Shown piece after piece: positions 9,484 through 18,842 of a stretch of DNA of 64,000 nt. The notes under the pieces were generated by a model that ran no database searches, was not told the origin of the DNA, and saw only the letters and a list, made by a program, of their open reading frames with translations. Source of the stretch: a virus. Where the stretch lies: the IMG/VR virus record IMGVR_UViG_3300028800_000003, positions 1 to 64,000 of that record; one strand, 5' to 3'. Positions within the stretch are counted from its first letter, which is position 1. Every line of letters begins with the position of its first letter. A program made the translations under genes and the position numbers.

Positions 9484-9784
9484 GACTCAATGCCTTTTTT
9501 GATGTGGTGGTAAACGGCTGCCAACCGTTCGCCTGGAGACGCTTCACGACATCGCGCACAGCTTCCCATTCGAGAAATGCGTAGGCGCAGACCAGCCGAA
9601 AATCTTCGCCGGCAGTAGACAGCCAGGCGCGGGCTCGATCGCGCTCCAGGATCGATTGCTTGCCGAGATTGTCAGTGGTCGCGTCGGTTATCTGCTGCGC
9701 CAATACCGCGCGCCAGAGACTGACCTCGCAACCACACCCAGTCGCCTCGATGTCAGCCGCAGCCTTCATTGTCGTCATCGTCAT
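9455..9784 (-). CDS. Conserved phage protein (LWRAVL.Q.I.DA...AR.WL...DF..VC family)
   Basis: Recognisable motif; GGAG RBS. Confidence 0.75.
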   Translation of the reverse strand: MTMTTMKAAADIEATGCGCEVSLWRAVLAQQITDATTDNLGKQSILERDRARAWLSTAGEDFRLVCAYAFLEWEAVRDVVKRLQANGWQPFTTTSKKALSHESAFASAA

Positions 9785-9809
9785 TTCCGCATCTCTCCGA
9801 TTTGAGGTG

Positions 9810-9947
9810 TCAGGGACGGCCTTGTCCGCGATACGCCTTCCAGTTTTTCCGCTTGTGCTTGCCCTTGGGCTTGTTATCGACGCCCTGCGAGGTGCGCTTG
9901 CAGACAGGGTCCTTGCGATAGACGGCGACGCCGATGGGCTTTGCCAT
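9810..9947 (-). CDS. Small basic phage protein, 45 aa, ending KRTSQG...KAYRGQGRP
   Basis: Below the ORF-track cutoff; translated by hand; preceded by the GGAGCAAA leader motif. Confidence 0.7.
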   Translation of the reverse strand: MAKPIGVAVYRKDPVCKRTSQGVDNKPKGKHKRKNWKAYRGQGRP

Positions 9948-9998
9948 GGTGCTTTTTTGCTCCGTGTGTGAGAGACAGGGGTCTTGGTTTTTTGTTGT

Positions 9999-10421
9999 TT
10001 AGTAGGAAGAAAGAGCGTCGAACCGGTCAGGCGACCGCTCGAAGCGCATTTTCGTTTTCAATCCGATCTTGTCGGATGTCTCGTTGAACTTGCGACGGAC
10101 ATACTCGCCAGCATCCAGCCCGAGCCGGTTGAATTGCTTGGCCGCGCAGATGATCACGTCGGCCAGTTCCAGACCGGCGGCGTCCTTGGTGGCGCGGCTG
10201 CCGGGTAGACCGTAGGCCTCGCGTTCCAGCTTCTTGATCGTGTTGCAGACCTTGACCGTCTTGCCCAACTCGACAAGACCATCAAGAGCCTCGATCGCCT
10301 CGGCAATCTCGCCGGCCAATTCGTTGGAGTGGTATGACTGCGGCAACTCAACGCCAGCCTTGTCATCCCACTCCTTCTTGCGCTCGACCAGGGCGCGATC
10401 CAGCGCCTCGAACGTGGTCAC
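9999..10421 (-). CDS. MazG-like nucleotide pyrophosphohydrolase
   Basis: NELAGEIAEA...NTIKKLERE...ELADVIIC...KFNETSDK. Confidence 0.8.
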   Translation of the reverse strand: MTTFEALDRALVERKKEWDDKAGVELPQSYHSNELAGEIAEAIEALDGLVELGKTVKVCNTIKKLEREAYGLPGSRATKDAAGLELADVIICAAKQFNRLGLDAGEYVRRKFNETSDKIGLKTKMRFERSPDRFDALSSY

Positions 10422-10657
10422 GAAATCAACTCGGCGAACTTGCCGGCAATGCGCTCAGCGCGCTCGGCGTGTGCGCGTGATTCACGACAGGCCTTGTCAT
10501 GGCACGCAGCGGCATAGCTGTGGCGCGCCGCCTTGCCCTTCTGGCGATCGGCCAGGTCGCGCAGGTGATCGATCACCTTGGAATGCTTATCCAACAGCGC
10601 GTCGACGCTGTGACGCCCCAGAAGGCGGTAGAACAATTCAACGAGTCGGTAGTGCAT
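10418..10657 (-). CDS. Hypothetical protein
   Basis: GGAGCAAA leader; coupled to the MazG-like gene. Confidence 0.65.
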   Translation of the reverse strand: MHYRLVELFYRLLGRHSVDALLDKHSKVIDHLRDLADRQKGKAARHSYAAACHDKACRESRAHAERAERIAGKFAELIS

Positions 10658-10712
10658 CGTATTTGCTCCGTTAGACAGACAGGGGTGGATTGGTTTTTTG
10701 TTGTCGGTTTGT

Positions 10713-11276
10713 TCAGTCGTCGTTGTCGAATTCGGCGACGATGAACTGATGATGCGGATCGTCGAAGGCGAGCGGCAGCAGCCATTTCAGATTGCGAATG
10801 CAGTCGCGTCGCAGTCCGATTTCAGACAGATGCACCGTCGCAAATTCCTCGCCGACATCGTTGAAGCCGGAGTCGCGCGGCAGGTGATTGCATTCCGCGG
10901 CATAGCAATCGATCAGGCTGCGCGACGATGTCATCTGCGCAAAGTAGCGCCACGGCAGCATCTTGCCGTCGCCGACCTCCTCTGCCCACTCGCGGTGCAT
11001 CGCCGCCATCGGTGTTTCGTTCGGCTCAATCTTGCCGCCGATGCCGTTGAGCAGGCCGCGCTGCCACGTCGGCTTATTCTTGCGCACCAGGAGCACGCGC
11101 TCGCTCGGACGCTCCAGAAGAAAGCCGATGACGTATTGGGTTGCCTTGCTCGGCTCGCCTAGCGCGCGAAATTGCTCGACGCTCAGGACGTTGGGCGGGC
11201 CGCAATCTGTCGCGCCGACAATGCCGGCGACGACAGGGGCGCGGCGCTGCCGCCGCGCTGTAGCTGTGCGGGCCAC
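10713..11276 (-). CDS. Nudix hydrolase
   Basis: Nudix box GGKIEPNETPMAAMHREWAEEVG. Confidence 0.9.
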   Translation of the reverse strand: MARTATARRQRRAPVVAGIVGATDCGPPNVLSVEQFRALGEPSKATQYVIGFLLERPSERVLLVRKNKPTWQRGLLNGIGGKIEPNETPMAAMHREWAEEVGDGKMLPWRYFAQMTSSRSLIDCYAAECNHLPRDSGFNDVGEEFATVHLSEIGLRRDCIRNLKWLLPLAFDDPHHQFIVAEFDNDD

Positions 11277-11279
11277 GAC

Positions 11280-12317
11280 TCAGACCCCGAATGCGAACTT
11301 GCCGGGCTTCGGCGTAATCTCGATCGCCAGCCAGCCGGCCGGGACGATCGTACCGTCGCCTTCCGCGTCCGCGAGACAGTGGTTGCCGTCGGCGTCCTCG
11401 AAATAAAACTGCGGGCTATCGATGGTGACGGTCTCGTCGTCGCCGGTCTCGCTGGCATAGACATAGGTCCGCATCGCCTCGTGGCTGATGTCGGTCGCGA
11501 TTTGCTCGGCCCATTGCGGAACGGTCAGCGATACGACGTTGCCATCTTCGCTTGCGTCTTCGACGTGAACGTCGGCGGGGCTCGACTGCTGCTGCTGCGG
11601 AATGTCGCCAGCAGCTTCCTCGATTTCTCCGTTACCGTCATCTGCGGCTCGATCAACGCCGAAATAATAAGCCATCGCGTCGGTCTGATCGTTCGGCGCC
11701 GGGGCGCGCTTTGCAGCCTCGGCACGATCGGCCAGGTCCCGCAAGAATTTGTCAGGCTCGAAATTGAAGATGAAGCCCGGCAATTCGCGATTGACCGCCC
11801 CGCGCGCCTCGTCGGCCGCGACGGTCTTCGCCGCGCCAGCGATCAGCGATTCGTCTGCCGGCGCTGTCTGATTCGCCTTGCGGCCGATGATCACCGCGTC
11901 ATAGGCGACCTTGATGACGACAGACAGCGGCGCGTCGTGATCCTGCTGGCGTCCAAGCAAATAATGCTCGATCAGCTCGCACATCTCGGGAAGCGTGAAC
12001 GTCGAAAGGTCCAGGGCGACGCCAGTCTGCGACGCCAACGCCCGCACGTATTCAAACTTGGTGGCATCCAAGCCGACAAGGTCGGCGCTGCGGCACAATT
12101 CGTCTTGCGTCAATCGCACCGCTTCCTCTCCAGATACGCCGCCCATCAATTTCTTGTCGGCGTTGGTCCGCGCGACGGCTTCGCGCATCAGTACGAAAAT
12201 GTCCTTGCCAGGAAGACGGTCGCGCAGCGACTCGAAATGCGCGCCGAATGTTGCCGCGTCGAGCGGATGAATTGCGAGTGCGGGAAAGGATTCTGCGGGC
12301 TGCGTTGCGCTCGACAT
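11280..12317 (-). CDS. Hypothetical acidic protein
   Basis: 345-aa ORF with GGAG RBS, first gene after a leftward promoter. Confidence 0.75.
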   Translation of the reverse strand: MSSATQPAESFPALAIHPLDAATFGAHFESLRDRLPGKDIFVLMREAVARTNADKKLMGGVSGEEAVRLTQDELCRSADLVGLDATKFEYVRALASQTGVALDLSTFTLPEMCELIEHYLLGRQQDHDAPLSVVIKVAYDAVIIGRKANQTAPADESLIAGAAKTVAADEARGAVNRELPGFIFNFEPDKFLRDLADRAEAAKRAPAPNDQTDAMAYYFGVDRAADDGNGEIEEAAGDIPQQQQSSPADVHVEDASEDGNVVSLTVPQWAEQIATDISHEAMRTYVYASETGDDETVTIDSPQFYFEDADGNHCLADAEGDGTIVPAGWLAIEITPKPGKFAFGV

Positions 12318-12575
12318 GATCGAATTGGCTCCGGGTATGTGAGGATCGATGGGGCTTGGAACGCGAAACGTCTTAACGCGTTTCCGTGTATAGCCGCATA
12401 CCGCGAGTTGCCGAACGTCGTCAAGCGAATGTTTGCGGAATTCCGGAAAGTCCGGAAAATCCCGAAAAACCGTTATTTTTCAATAGGTTAACTGGACCGA
12501 AATTCGCCTTATCCCTCAATGACTTAGCCCGATGCCCCTGCGACAGCCTGTCGCACATAGACGCGGGTATTACCC

Positions 12576-12606
12576 TTGCATACCCTCATGCCCTAGTTTA
12601 CATATG
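12576..12606 (+). promoter_or_regulatory. Sigma70-type early promoter
   Basis: TTGCAT-N17-TACATA at the start of the rightward early region. Confidence 0.55.
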
Positions 12607-12672
12607 AACTATAAGAAACGTCGAAACGAGAAACGAAACACCCCTGTCTCAAAACAAACCCGGAGATTTGGA

Positions 12673-12903
12673 ATGTCTCGCCATCGTAAATCCAAGCGTC
12701 ACGAGTCTTCCGCAGAGGTCCATGAGACCGACGCGTCAACCGCCCGCGACGCTATCGCGATCACTATCACTTTCGCCATCATCGGGGCAATCGTGATCTC
12801 GATCGAGTTCCTGCTGCACTCCGAAAGCAACACGATCTACCACGTTGCATCCGGCGTGCTCGCTGCTCCGATCCACTTGCTGATCCGCAAAGTTATTTGC
12901 TGA
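12673..12903 (+). CDS. Small membrane protein
   Basis: GGAG RBS, ATG at 12673, hydrophobic segments. Confidence 0.6.
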   Translation: MSRHRKSKRHESSAEVHETDASTARDAIAITITFAIIGAIVISIEFLLHSESNTIYHVASGVLAAPIHLLIRKVIC

Positions 12904-12965
12904 TCCAAAAACAAAGGGGCCGGGAAAAACCCGGCCCCGCCCAAAACCCCGAAAGGACTCACACA

Positions 12966-13064
12966 ATGTTAATCGCTCTGATCTGCGCCTCCACTGTCTT
13001 CTATCTCGCCATTGCTGCACTTCGCAACGTCTGGGCTCCAGTGCTCGCTACGTACAACGATTAA
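12966..13064 (+). CDS. Small hydrophobic peptide, 32 aa
   Basis: GAAAGGACTC RBS; MLIALICASTVFYLAIAALRNVWAPVLATYND. Confidence 0.55.
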   Translation: MLIALICASTVFYLAIAALRNVWAPVLATYND

Positions 13065-13081
13065 CGGAAAGGACTCGAACA

Positions 13082-13216
13082 ATGAGCGTCCAAGAGAAGC
13101 GCAACGTGCTCGCCCTCGCCCGTCACTATCGCAGGGAGACCGGACTGACAATTCGCGAATGCGTGCGAATGGCCGCCGAACACGAACACCCCTACGCCGG
13201 CCAATTCTGGAACTGA
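13082..13216 (+). CDS. Small protein, 44 aa
   Basis: GAAAGGACTC RBS; translated by hand. Confidence 0.6.
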   Translation: MSVQEKRNVLALARHYRRETGLTIRECVRMAAEHEHPYAGQFWN

Positions 13217-13246
13217 CTGCAACTCTAACAGAGAAAGGACTCAACA

Positions 13247-13369
13247 ATGACGATCCCCAACTATCTCGCGTGCGTGGCCCCCGTCGAAAAGGACCGCACT
13301 GCACTTAACGACCTCGTCGCGGAATATCTCGCCCACGGCGGGCAAATAAGAAAGGAAAATTCACGATGA
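13247..13369 (+). CDS. Small protein, 40 aa, containing VAEYLAHGGQI
   Basis: GAAAGGACTC RBS; ATGA overlap with the next ORF. Confidence 0.6.
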   Translation: MTIPNYLACVAPVEKDRTALNDLVAEYLAHGGQIRKENSR

Positions 13370-13572
13370 CAATCAACGGCCGCAACATCGACATTCCCGC
13401 CGACATGCAAGTCCGCGATGACGGAATGTTCGATTACATCGAATATCGCGGAATCGAGATTCGCATGTTCGACGAATCGAACGATTTTGCAGTGGCGCTC
13501 GATCGCGACTCCGATCGCGCTGTCATTGTCGCGACACTCGACGATGCGCGCAAGCTGATCGACTCCAAATGA
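13366..13572 (+). CDS. Hypothetical protein
   Basis: GAAAGGA RBS. Confidence 0.65.
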   Translation: MTINGRNIDIPADMQVRDDGMFDYIEYRGIEIRMFDESNDFAVALDRDSDRAVIVATLDDARKLIDSK

Positions 13573-13639
13573 CGCCAATCTATGTCGCGCGTGCGACGCG
13601 ACATAAGTGGGCGACAGACCCCTATCCGAGAGGACAACA

Positions 13640-14086
13640 ATGCAACTCTTAAAAAACCACACGACACCCGACAGCGCCTACGTGGTCGACGATTACCCCT
13701 ACGGCTTCCGTCTGCGCTGCAAAATTCGCTACTGGCTCGAATTCAAGGCCGGAAAGGGATTCCGCTTTGTCAGTCAGACGACGAACCCCAAGCGGGCTGG
13801 CGAGCACTGGAACAAGCCCAAGGCGTCGACTTACTGCCGCTTCGGCGGGGCGATGTTTCTCGACGATGACGGCCACGTTCAATGGGCCGGACTGACTGAA
13901 TACAGCACCGCTGCCGAGGCGCGCAAATTTCTCGACACGTATGGCGACGCGATCCCCGAGCCGGCCGCCGGACTGACAAGAAAATGGGTCGCAGCGAAAA
14001 CCGCCTACGAGGCGAACCGCAACAAGGAGGACGCGCTGCATGTCGGCGTCACAGAGGGCGTCAAAGCATTCGCGGAGGAGCAATGA
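13640..14086 (+). CDS. Conserved phage early protein (YPYGFRLR...WNKPKASTY)
   Basis: GAGGA RBS; recognisable conserved motif. Confidence 0.75.
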   Translation: MQLLKNHTTPDSAYVVDDYPYGFRLRCKIRYWLEFKAGKGFRFVSQTTNPKRAGEHWNKPKASTYCRFGGAMFLDDDGHVQWAGLTEYSTAAEARKFLDTYGDAIPEPAAGLTRKWVAAKTAYEANRNKEDALHVGVTEGVKAFAEEQ

Positions 14087-14307
14087 GAGTAAGCGACTGG
14101 CTCAAGTTCAAAGTCGGCCACGAGGTTTGGGATCAAGCTGATCCGCGTCACGTCGGCCGCATCGATCGAATTCACTGGGGACATACCGCCGACATCACCT
14201 GGAACGAGACCGGCTGGAAATCCCTTGGCGTTCCGATCGCCGATCTTCGACGACACGACAGACAAGGCCGCGTGATTCAACAGCGGCCGGAAAGGATCAA
14301 CGTATGA
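14083..14307 (+). CDS. Hypothetical protein
   Basis: ATGA-coupled, GGAGGAG RBS. Confidence 0.6.
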   Translation: MRVSDWLKFKVGHEVWDQADPRHVGRIDRIHWGHTADITWNETGWKSLGVPIADLRRHDRQGRVIQQRPERINV

Positions 14308-14567
14308 GTTACATCACACTGAACACAGAACTGACAGCCGAGGGCGTCGTCTGCCGCAATGATCAGCTCGGAAAGGTCGCGACCATCCAACGCGATCTGA
14401 AAGAGGACGAGTGGTACGTCATGCCCTACGCCTTCCCGCCCTATGAGCGGCAGGCGCGGTTCAAGAGCTACAAGGCCGCGGAATTCTACGCGCTCGCCCT
14501 CGCCTACGAAATGCACGAGGAGCGTGGCGACAAGGTTCTGCCGCCGACGAAGGGAGACACGCAATGA
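14304..14567 (+). CDS. Hypothetical protein
   Basis: ATGA-coupled. Confidence 0.6.
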   Translation: MSYITLNTELTAEGVVCRNDQLGKVATIQRDLKEDEWYVMPYAFPPYERQARFKSYKAAEFYALALAYEMHEERGDKVLPPTKGDTQ

Positions 14568-14700
14568 AGAAAATCTACACCGAGCACGCAAACGGCCGCG
14601 ACGAATTCTGGACATACGCCGACGGCGACCGCGTCTATCTGTCTGAGAATCAGGCGGTGCGCGAAATCACGCGCGGACGCGCAAATCTTGTGGAGGTTCA

Positions 14701-15000
14701 GTGATGACGCTACGCCCCGAGCAAATCGCCGTCCGTGATGCTTGTCACGCAGCGTATGCGGCAGATGACGCGTATGAGAAAGCGCTCAAAGCCGCCGGCT
14801 ATAAATCGCGCTGGGATTGGTCTGCACCATTCGCGGTGCGCGACCTCGCGCTAAGCGACAATGACGCGACCGGACTGACACCGCTGCAAGCGGCCTATGT
14901 CGCAAAGGTCCGCGCCGATCGTGCGTCGCATCGAGCATGGGAAAGACTGCGAGAACGACCCGAAAATAACCGCATGGAACACTTGAATAACCGCGGTTAG
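14701..15000 (+). CDS. Hypothetical protein
   Basis: GGAGG RBS. Confidence 0.55.
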   Translation: MMTLRPEQIAVRDACHAAYAADDAYEKALKAAGYKSRWDWSAPFAVRDLALSDNDATGLTPLQAAYVAKVRADRASHRAWERLRERPENNRMEHLNNRG

Positions 15001-15010
15001 TTCACATATA
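14983..15010 (+). promoter_or_regulatory. Promoter with the palindrome TAACCGCGGTTA in its spacer
   Basis: TTGAAT-N16-CATATA. Confidence 0.6.
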
Positions 15011-15023
15011 GACTACAGACAAA

Positions 15024-15142
15024 CGGAGTCATCCAGAAGCGAGGCCTGTGCCCTTTGGGTTCCAGTCCTCTCCCATCCGCAGAAGCGGTTGGGGTTTGTT
15101 GTCCGCTTCTGCCCGCATGGGCCTCGCTCCTCGATGACTCCG
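15024..15142 (+). ncRNA. Structured RNA or 5' leader with three nested stems
   Basis: Pairings CGGAGTCATC/GATGACTCCG, GCGAGGCCTGTGC/GCATGGGCCTCGC and GCAGAAGCGG/CCGCTTCTGC. Confidence 0.5.
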
Positions 15143-15166
15143 AAACCCCTATCGAAAAGAGACAAG

Positions 15167-16807
15167 ATGACTGACACAAACATCAAGACCAAGAGTCAAC
15201 AGATTGCCGACGACGTGATGGCACTGTTGCGCGCTCGCAATCCGCTGCTGTGGATTGTGACGAATGAGGAAGCCCGCGCCGAGCGCTTTCTTGCCGAGGC
15301 CGCGACTACGGCAGGCTATGAGCCGCGCACCTGGGACGCCGCGCAAGGCGTCGCCGATATGACCGGCAAGGTGCAGAGCAACATCGGCGGAACCGATATT
15401 GGCGACACGCTGAACGCAATTAAGGAACGCGCCGAAACCGGCAACGAGCGTGGCGCGTGGATCATGCGCGATCTTCCGCCGTGGATCACCGGCCCAATCG
15501 GCATCATAACGTCGCGACAGTTGCGCAATCTCGCGCGTCTGTTGCCCCGCGTGCCGACGCCGCGCGCGCAAGCAATCATCATCATCACGCCGTCATCGGA
15601 AATTCCGCCCGAGTTGCAAGGCCACGCAACCGTCATCGAATGGCCGATGCCTGATCGAAACGAAATTGCCTCGATCCTCGACGCTGCCATCAAGGTGTTG
15701 CCGGAGTATGAGGTTGGCGAAGACGGCAAGCCCGACAAGTCGAAACCGCTGCGCGCGAAGGCTGCGCCAAACGGTACGCGTGACGCCGCGATTGACGCCG
15801 CTGTCGGACTGTCCGGCGAGGAAGCTGCCGCGTGCTACGCGCGCTCGCTTGTGCAGAAACGCCTGATCGATCCTGCCATCGTCGCCAACGAGAAGAAACG
15901 AGTCGTGGCCCGCGAAGGCGTGCTTGAATGGTACGATCCGATCGCTGGCGGGCTCGAAGCCGTAGGCGGCCTCGACGTGCTGAAATCGTGGCTGATCGCA
16001 CGCAAGGGCGCATACAGCGCAAAGGCGCGCGAATACGGCCTGCCCGCCCCGAAGGGCATCATGCTGGTCGGCGTGTCCGGCTGCGGCAAGTCGCTGACTG
16101 CCAAGGCCATATCGACCGCGTGGGGCATTCCGCTGTTGCGCCTCGATCTGGGCGCACTCAAAGGCGCGCTTGTCGGCAAGAGCGAAGAAAACTTGCGCAA
16201 GGCGCTGGCCGTCATTGAAGCGATCGGCCGTTGCGTCGTCTGGATCGATGAAATCGAGAAGGGCATGCAAGGCGCAACGTCTGGATCAATCGACGGCGGC
16301 GTGTCTGCTGACCAGCTCGGCACAATCCTGAACTGGATGCAAGAGCGCAAAGGCGAGGCGTTCATGATCGCCACCGCCAACGACATCAGCAACTTGCCGC
16401 CAGAATTGCTGCGCAAAGGCCGCTTCGACGAAATATTTTTCGTCGACCTGCCAAATCCAGAGGAACGCGTGGCCGTGCTGGAGGCCGCGTTGCGTCAATA
16501 CGGGCGCGGCGACGCCAAGATCAACAAGCGGAAAGTTGCCGACGCTTGCGACAAGTTCACTGGCGCTGAAATCGCTGCGATCGTTCCCGATGCGTTGTTC
16601 AAAGGCTTCGCCGATGGCGCGCGTCAAATCACAACGGACGATCTGATCGCCGCCGCCAAGGACGTTGTGCCGTTGAGCAAGACGGCCGGCGAGAAGATCG
16701 AAAAGCTGCGCAAGTGGGCCAGCGACAAAGCGCGCTTTGCGACTGGACCCTTGACGAAGAAATCCCAGGGAGCGGTGCAAACCGAAGGCCGCGTTCTGGA
16801 CCTGTAA
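15167..16807 (+). CDS. Ycf46-like AAA+ ATPase
   Basis: VGGLDVLKSWL, Walker A GVSGCGKS, Walker B VWIDEIEK, LPPELLRKGRFDEIFFVDLP. Confidence 0.92.
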   Translation: MTDTNIKTKSQQIADDVMALLRARNPLLWIVTNEEARAERFLAEAATTAGYEPRTWDAAQGVADMTGKVQSNIGGTDIGDTLNAIKERAETGNERGAWIMRDLPPWITGPIGIITSRQLRNLARLLPRVPTPRAQAIIIITPSSEIPPELQGHATVIEWPMPDRNEIASILDAAIKVLPEYEVGEDGKPDKSKPLRAKAAPNGTRDAAIDAAVGLSGEEAAACYARSLVQKRLIDPAIVANEKKRVVAREGVLEWYDPIAGGLEAVGGLDVLKSWLIARKGAYSAKAREYGLPAPKGIMLVGVSGCGKSLTAKAISTAWGIPLLRLDLGALKGALVGKSEENLRKALAVIEAIGRCVVWIDEIEKGMQGATSGSIDGGVSADQLGTILNWMQERKGEAFMIATANDISNLPPELLRKGRFDEIFFVDLPNPEERVAVLEAALRQYGRGDAKINKRKVADACDKFTGAEIAAIVPDALFKGFADGARQITTDDLIAAAKDVVPLSKTAGEKIEKLRKWASDKARFATGPLTKKSQGAVQTEGRVLDL

Positions 16808-16833
16808 GAAACGAAGAAAGGAAAACGAACCCC

Positions 16834-17694
16834 ATGTCTCTCAAAACATCTACCTTAGTTCCCGGCTTGCTTGTCAGTCTGAAAACGAAAGTGACTGGCA
16901 ATGTCACCTACAAGAAAACTGTTATCGAGGAACCTCACCTGGAGGGCGAGACTCAAAAGGCCAAGTGGGAAACCGAGCGCACAACCATCGACCCCGGCGA
17001 ACACGAACTTGCCGGACAGGTGCGTGGCCGTTGCAGTTCTCTGATCAGGGGCATCTGTGCCAAGTCTGACTTTGGTCTGCTCTGCCCCGAGGCGAAGGCC
17101 CGCGATCTGGAGAAAGCCGTTGCCGAGGCGCGCCGACTCGCCGCCGCGTTCAATGCCGACGCCAAGGTCACCGAGGTTGAGGTCTACGTCGTGACCGGAC
17201 GCATTGCGCCAGACGACGTTGAGGCCGTGCGCGCGATCAACAGCGAGGTCCGCGACCTGCTGGAAGAAATGAAAGCGGGCTTGAAAAAGTTCGACGTTGA
17301 CGCGGTGCGCGCTGCCGCCAACAAGGCGAATAAGATCGAGACAATGCTGTCAGCGGAAGCTGCCGGCCGATTGAAACTCGCCGTCAAATCCGTGCGCGGC
17401 GCTGCTCGCAAGATCGTCAAGGCCGGCGAGGTTGCGTCAACGGAGATGAACGAACTCGCAATCCGCGCTCTGACCGAAGCCAGCCGCACGTTTATCGACC
17501 TGGACGTGCCGCAGACCGAAATCGACGTGCCCGAAGAAGAAGGCCGCGCGATCGATCTGCTGCCGCTGTCTGAAACCACGGTCACGGCCCCGGACGAAAG
17601 CGTCCCTGCGTTTGAACTGGATTCGCCCGCACGCGAGTCCAGTGACGACGCCGCGGAAGCCGAAGCGCTCGCAGTCGAGGGAGGGCAGCGCTGA
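16834..17694 (+). CDS. Helical protein in the AAA module (possibly DUF3150-like)
   Basis: GAAAGGA RBS; directly follows the AAA ATPase. Confidence 0.7.
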   Translation: MSLKTSTLVPGLLVSLKTKVTGNVTYKKTVIEEPHLEGETQKAKWETERTTIDPGEHELAGQVRGRCSSLIRGICAKSDFGLLCPEAKARDLEKAVAEARRLAAAFNADAKVTEVEVYVVTGRIAPDDVEAVRAINSEVRDLLEEMKAGLKKFDVDAVRAAANKANKIETMLSAEAAGRLKLAVKSVRGAARKIVKAGEVASTEMNELAIRALTEASRTFIDLDVPQTEIDVPEEEGRAIDLLPLSETTVTAPDESVPAFELDSPARESSDDAAEAEALAVEGGQR

Positions 17695-17842
17695 TGGGAT
17701 ACCCGTGGCCCTACGAGGACGACATTGTCCATAACGGCGAGTGGCGCTGTCCCGGCTGCAATTCGATCATGCCGGAAGACTGGGACACTTGCGACAACTG
17801 CGGCGCCGATCAAGACGGCAACGTGAGAGAGGATGACTGACC

Positions 17843-18184
17843 ATGCCTTGTGACACTTATCGCCTGCCACGGCAGACATTCGTCGAACGCAAGACAGAAA
17901 TCCGCAAGGCGATCGAACGCCTGGAAAAGCGACTGGCCAGTGGCGAAGTCAAACCCGTCGTTGGTCCGCAAGGCGCTGTCTCGTTCAAAAACTGGAACGA
18001 GCCAGATCGGTCTCGCGTCACTGATGCTTGTGCGTTCCGGCGCATCATGGCCGGCAATTCCGCGATGGCAAAACTCGCCATTCAACGCGCGGAAACACTC
18101 GCCGGCCGCACGGTCGACAAGCAAGTCGTCGCCCAGGGCATCCATTCGCATGACGGAGGCGCCACTTGGCATTCCAAGGGCTAA
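17843..18184 (+). CDS. Small conserved protein of the AAA module (MPC start, HSH end)
   Basis: ORF with RBS. Confidence 0.7.
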   Translation: MPCDTYRLPRQTFVERKTEIRKAIERLEKRLASGEVKPVVGPQGAVSFKNWNEPDRSRVTDACAFRRIMAGNSAMAKLAIQRAETLAGRTVDKQVVAQGIHSHDGGATWHSKG

Positions 18185-18212
18185 CCATCGGCATCGAAAA
18201 AGAGGAGAAAAA

Positions 18213-18641
18213 ATGACAGACGCAGAACAAACACTCCGCGATCTATGGACCGCGAAAGGCGTGCCGGAAGCGCGGCAGGACGAGATGATCGCCGAGATTG
18301 AAGCCAAGGCTCAACCCGGCGCCAAGGTCGGCCCGTTCACGCTCGGATCATTGCCGGTGGTTGACGGCGATGGCGGCAGCATTGACGTGTACGGCTACGC
18401 CGCCACTGCCGAGGAGGCATTGCAAATCGCCCGCAACGCTTTCGCTGATCCCGTCGCGCGCGTCGAGGAATGCGGCCCAATCACGCTGCGCGATGGCACG
18501 CAAGTCGCCAAAGCGTGGCTCGCCATCACGGCCTATTGCGCTGCGCGAAAGTCTCTGGAGCAAGCCATCGAACTGGTCGGCACGACCTGCGTCGCCGAAA
18601 TGATCGGCGACTACAGCTACGAGCCGCCAGAAGACAACTGA
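18213..18641 (+). CDS. Hypothetical protein
   Basis: GAGGAG RBS. Confidence 0.7.
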   Translation: MTDAEQTLRDLWTAKGVPEARQDEMIAEIEAKAQPGAKVGPFTLGSLPVVDGDGGSIDVYGYAATAEEALQIARNAFADPVARVEECGPITLRDGTQVAKAWLAITAYCAARKSLEQAIELVGTTCVAEMIGDYSYEPPEDN

Positions 18642-18842
18642 ATGCAGGAGCCGGCAATGTCCCCCGGCATAGTCGCTCAAGGGACAATGAAAGACGAGCG
18701 ACGCAATGCAAACCCAGGAGGAAGCGAATGACGAAATAGCATCCGCCTTTGAATAACAGATGACTTTTGAACGGGTGCGACCCCGGATGAACCTGCACCG
18801 GGGTCGCACTCAAACAAACAACGAGAGGACAAAGCGACTGCA

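Noticed and set aside
11172-12491. Long opposite-strand ORFs (for example 11172-12491 +, 35160-36422 -, 44726-45799 -, 60853-61920 +)
   Set aside because: Shadow ORFs of real genes in GC-rich DNA, with no motifs or RBS.
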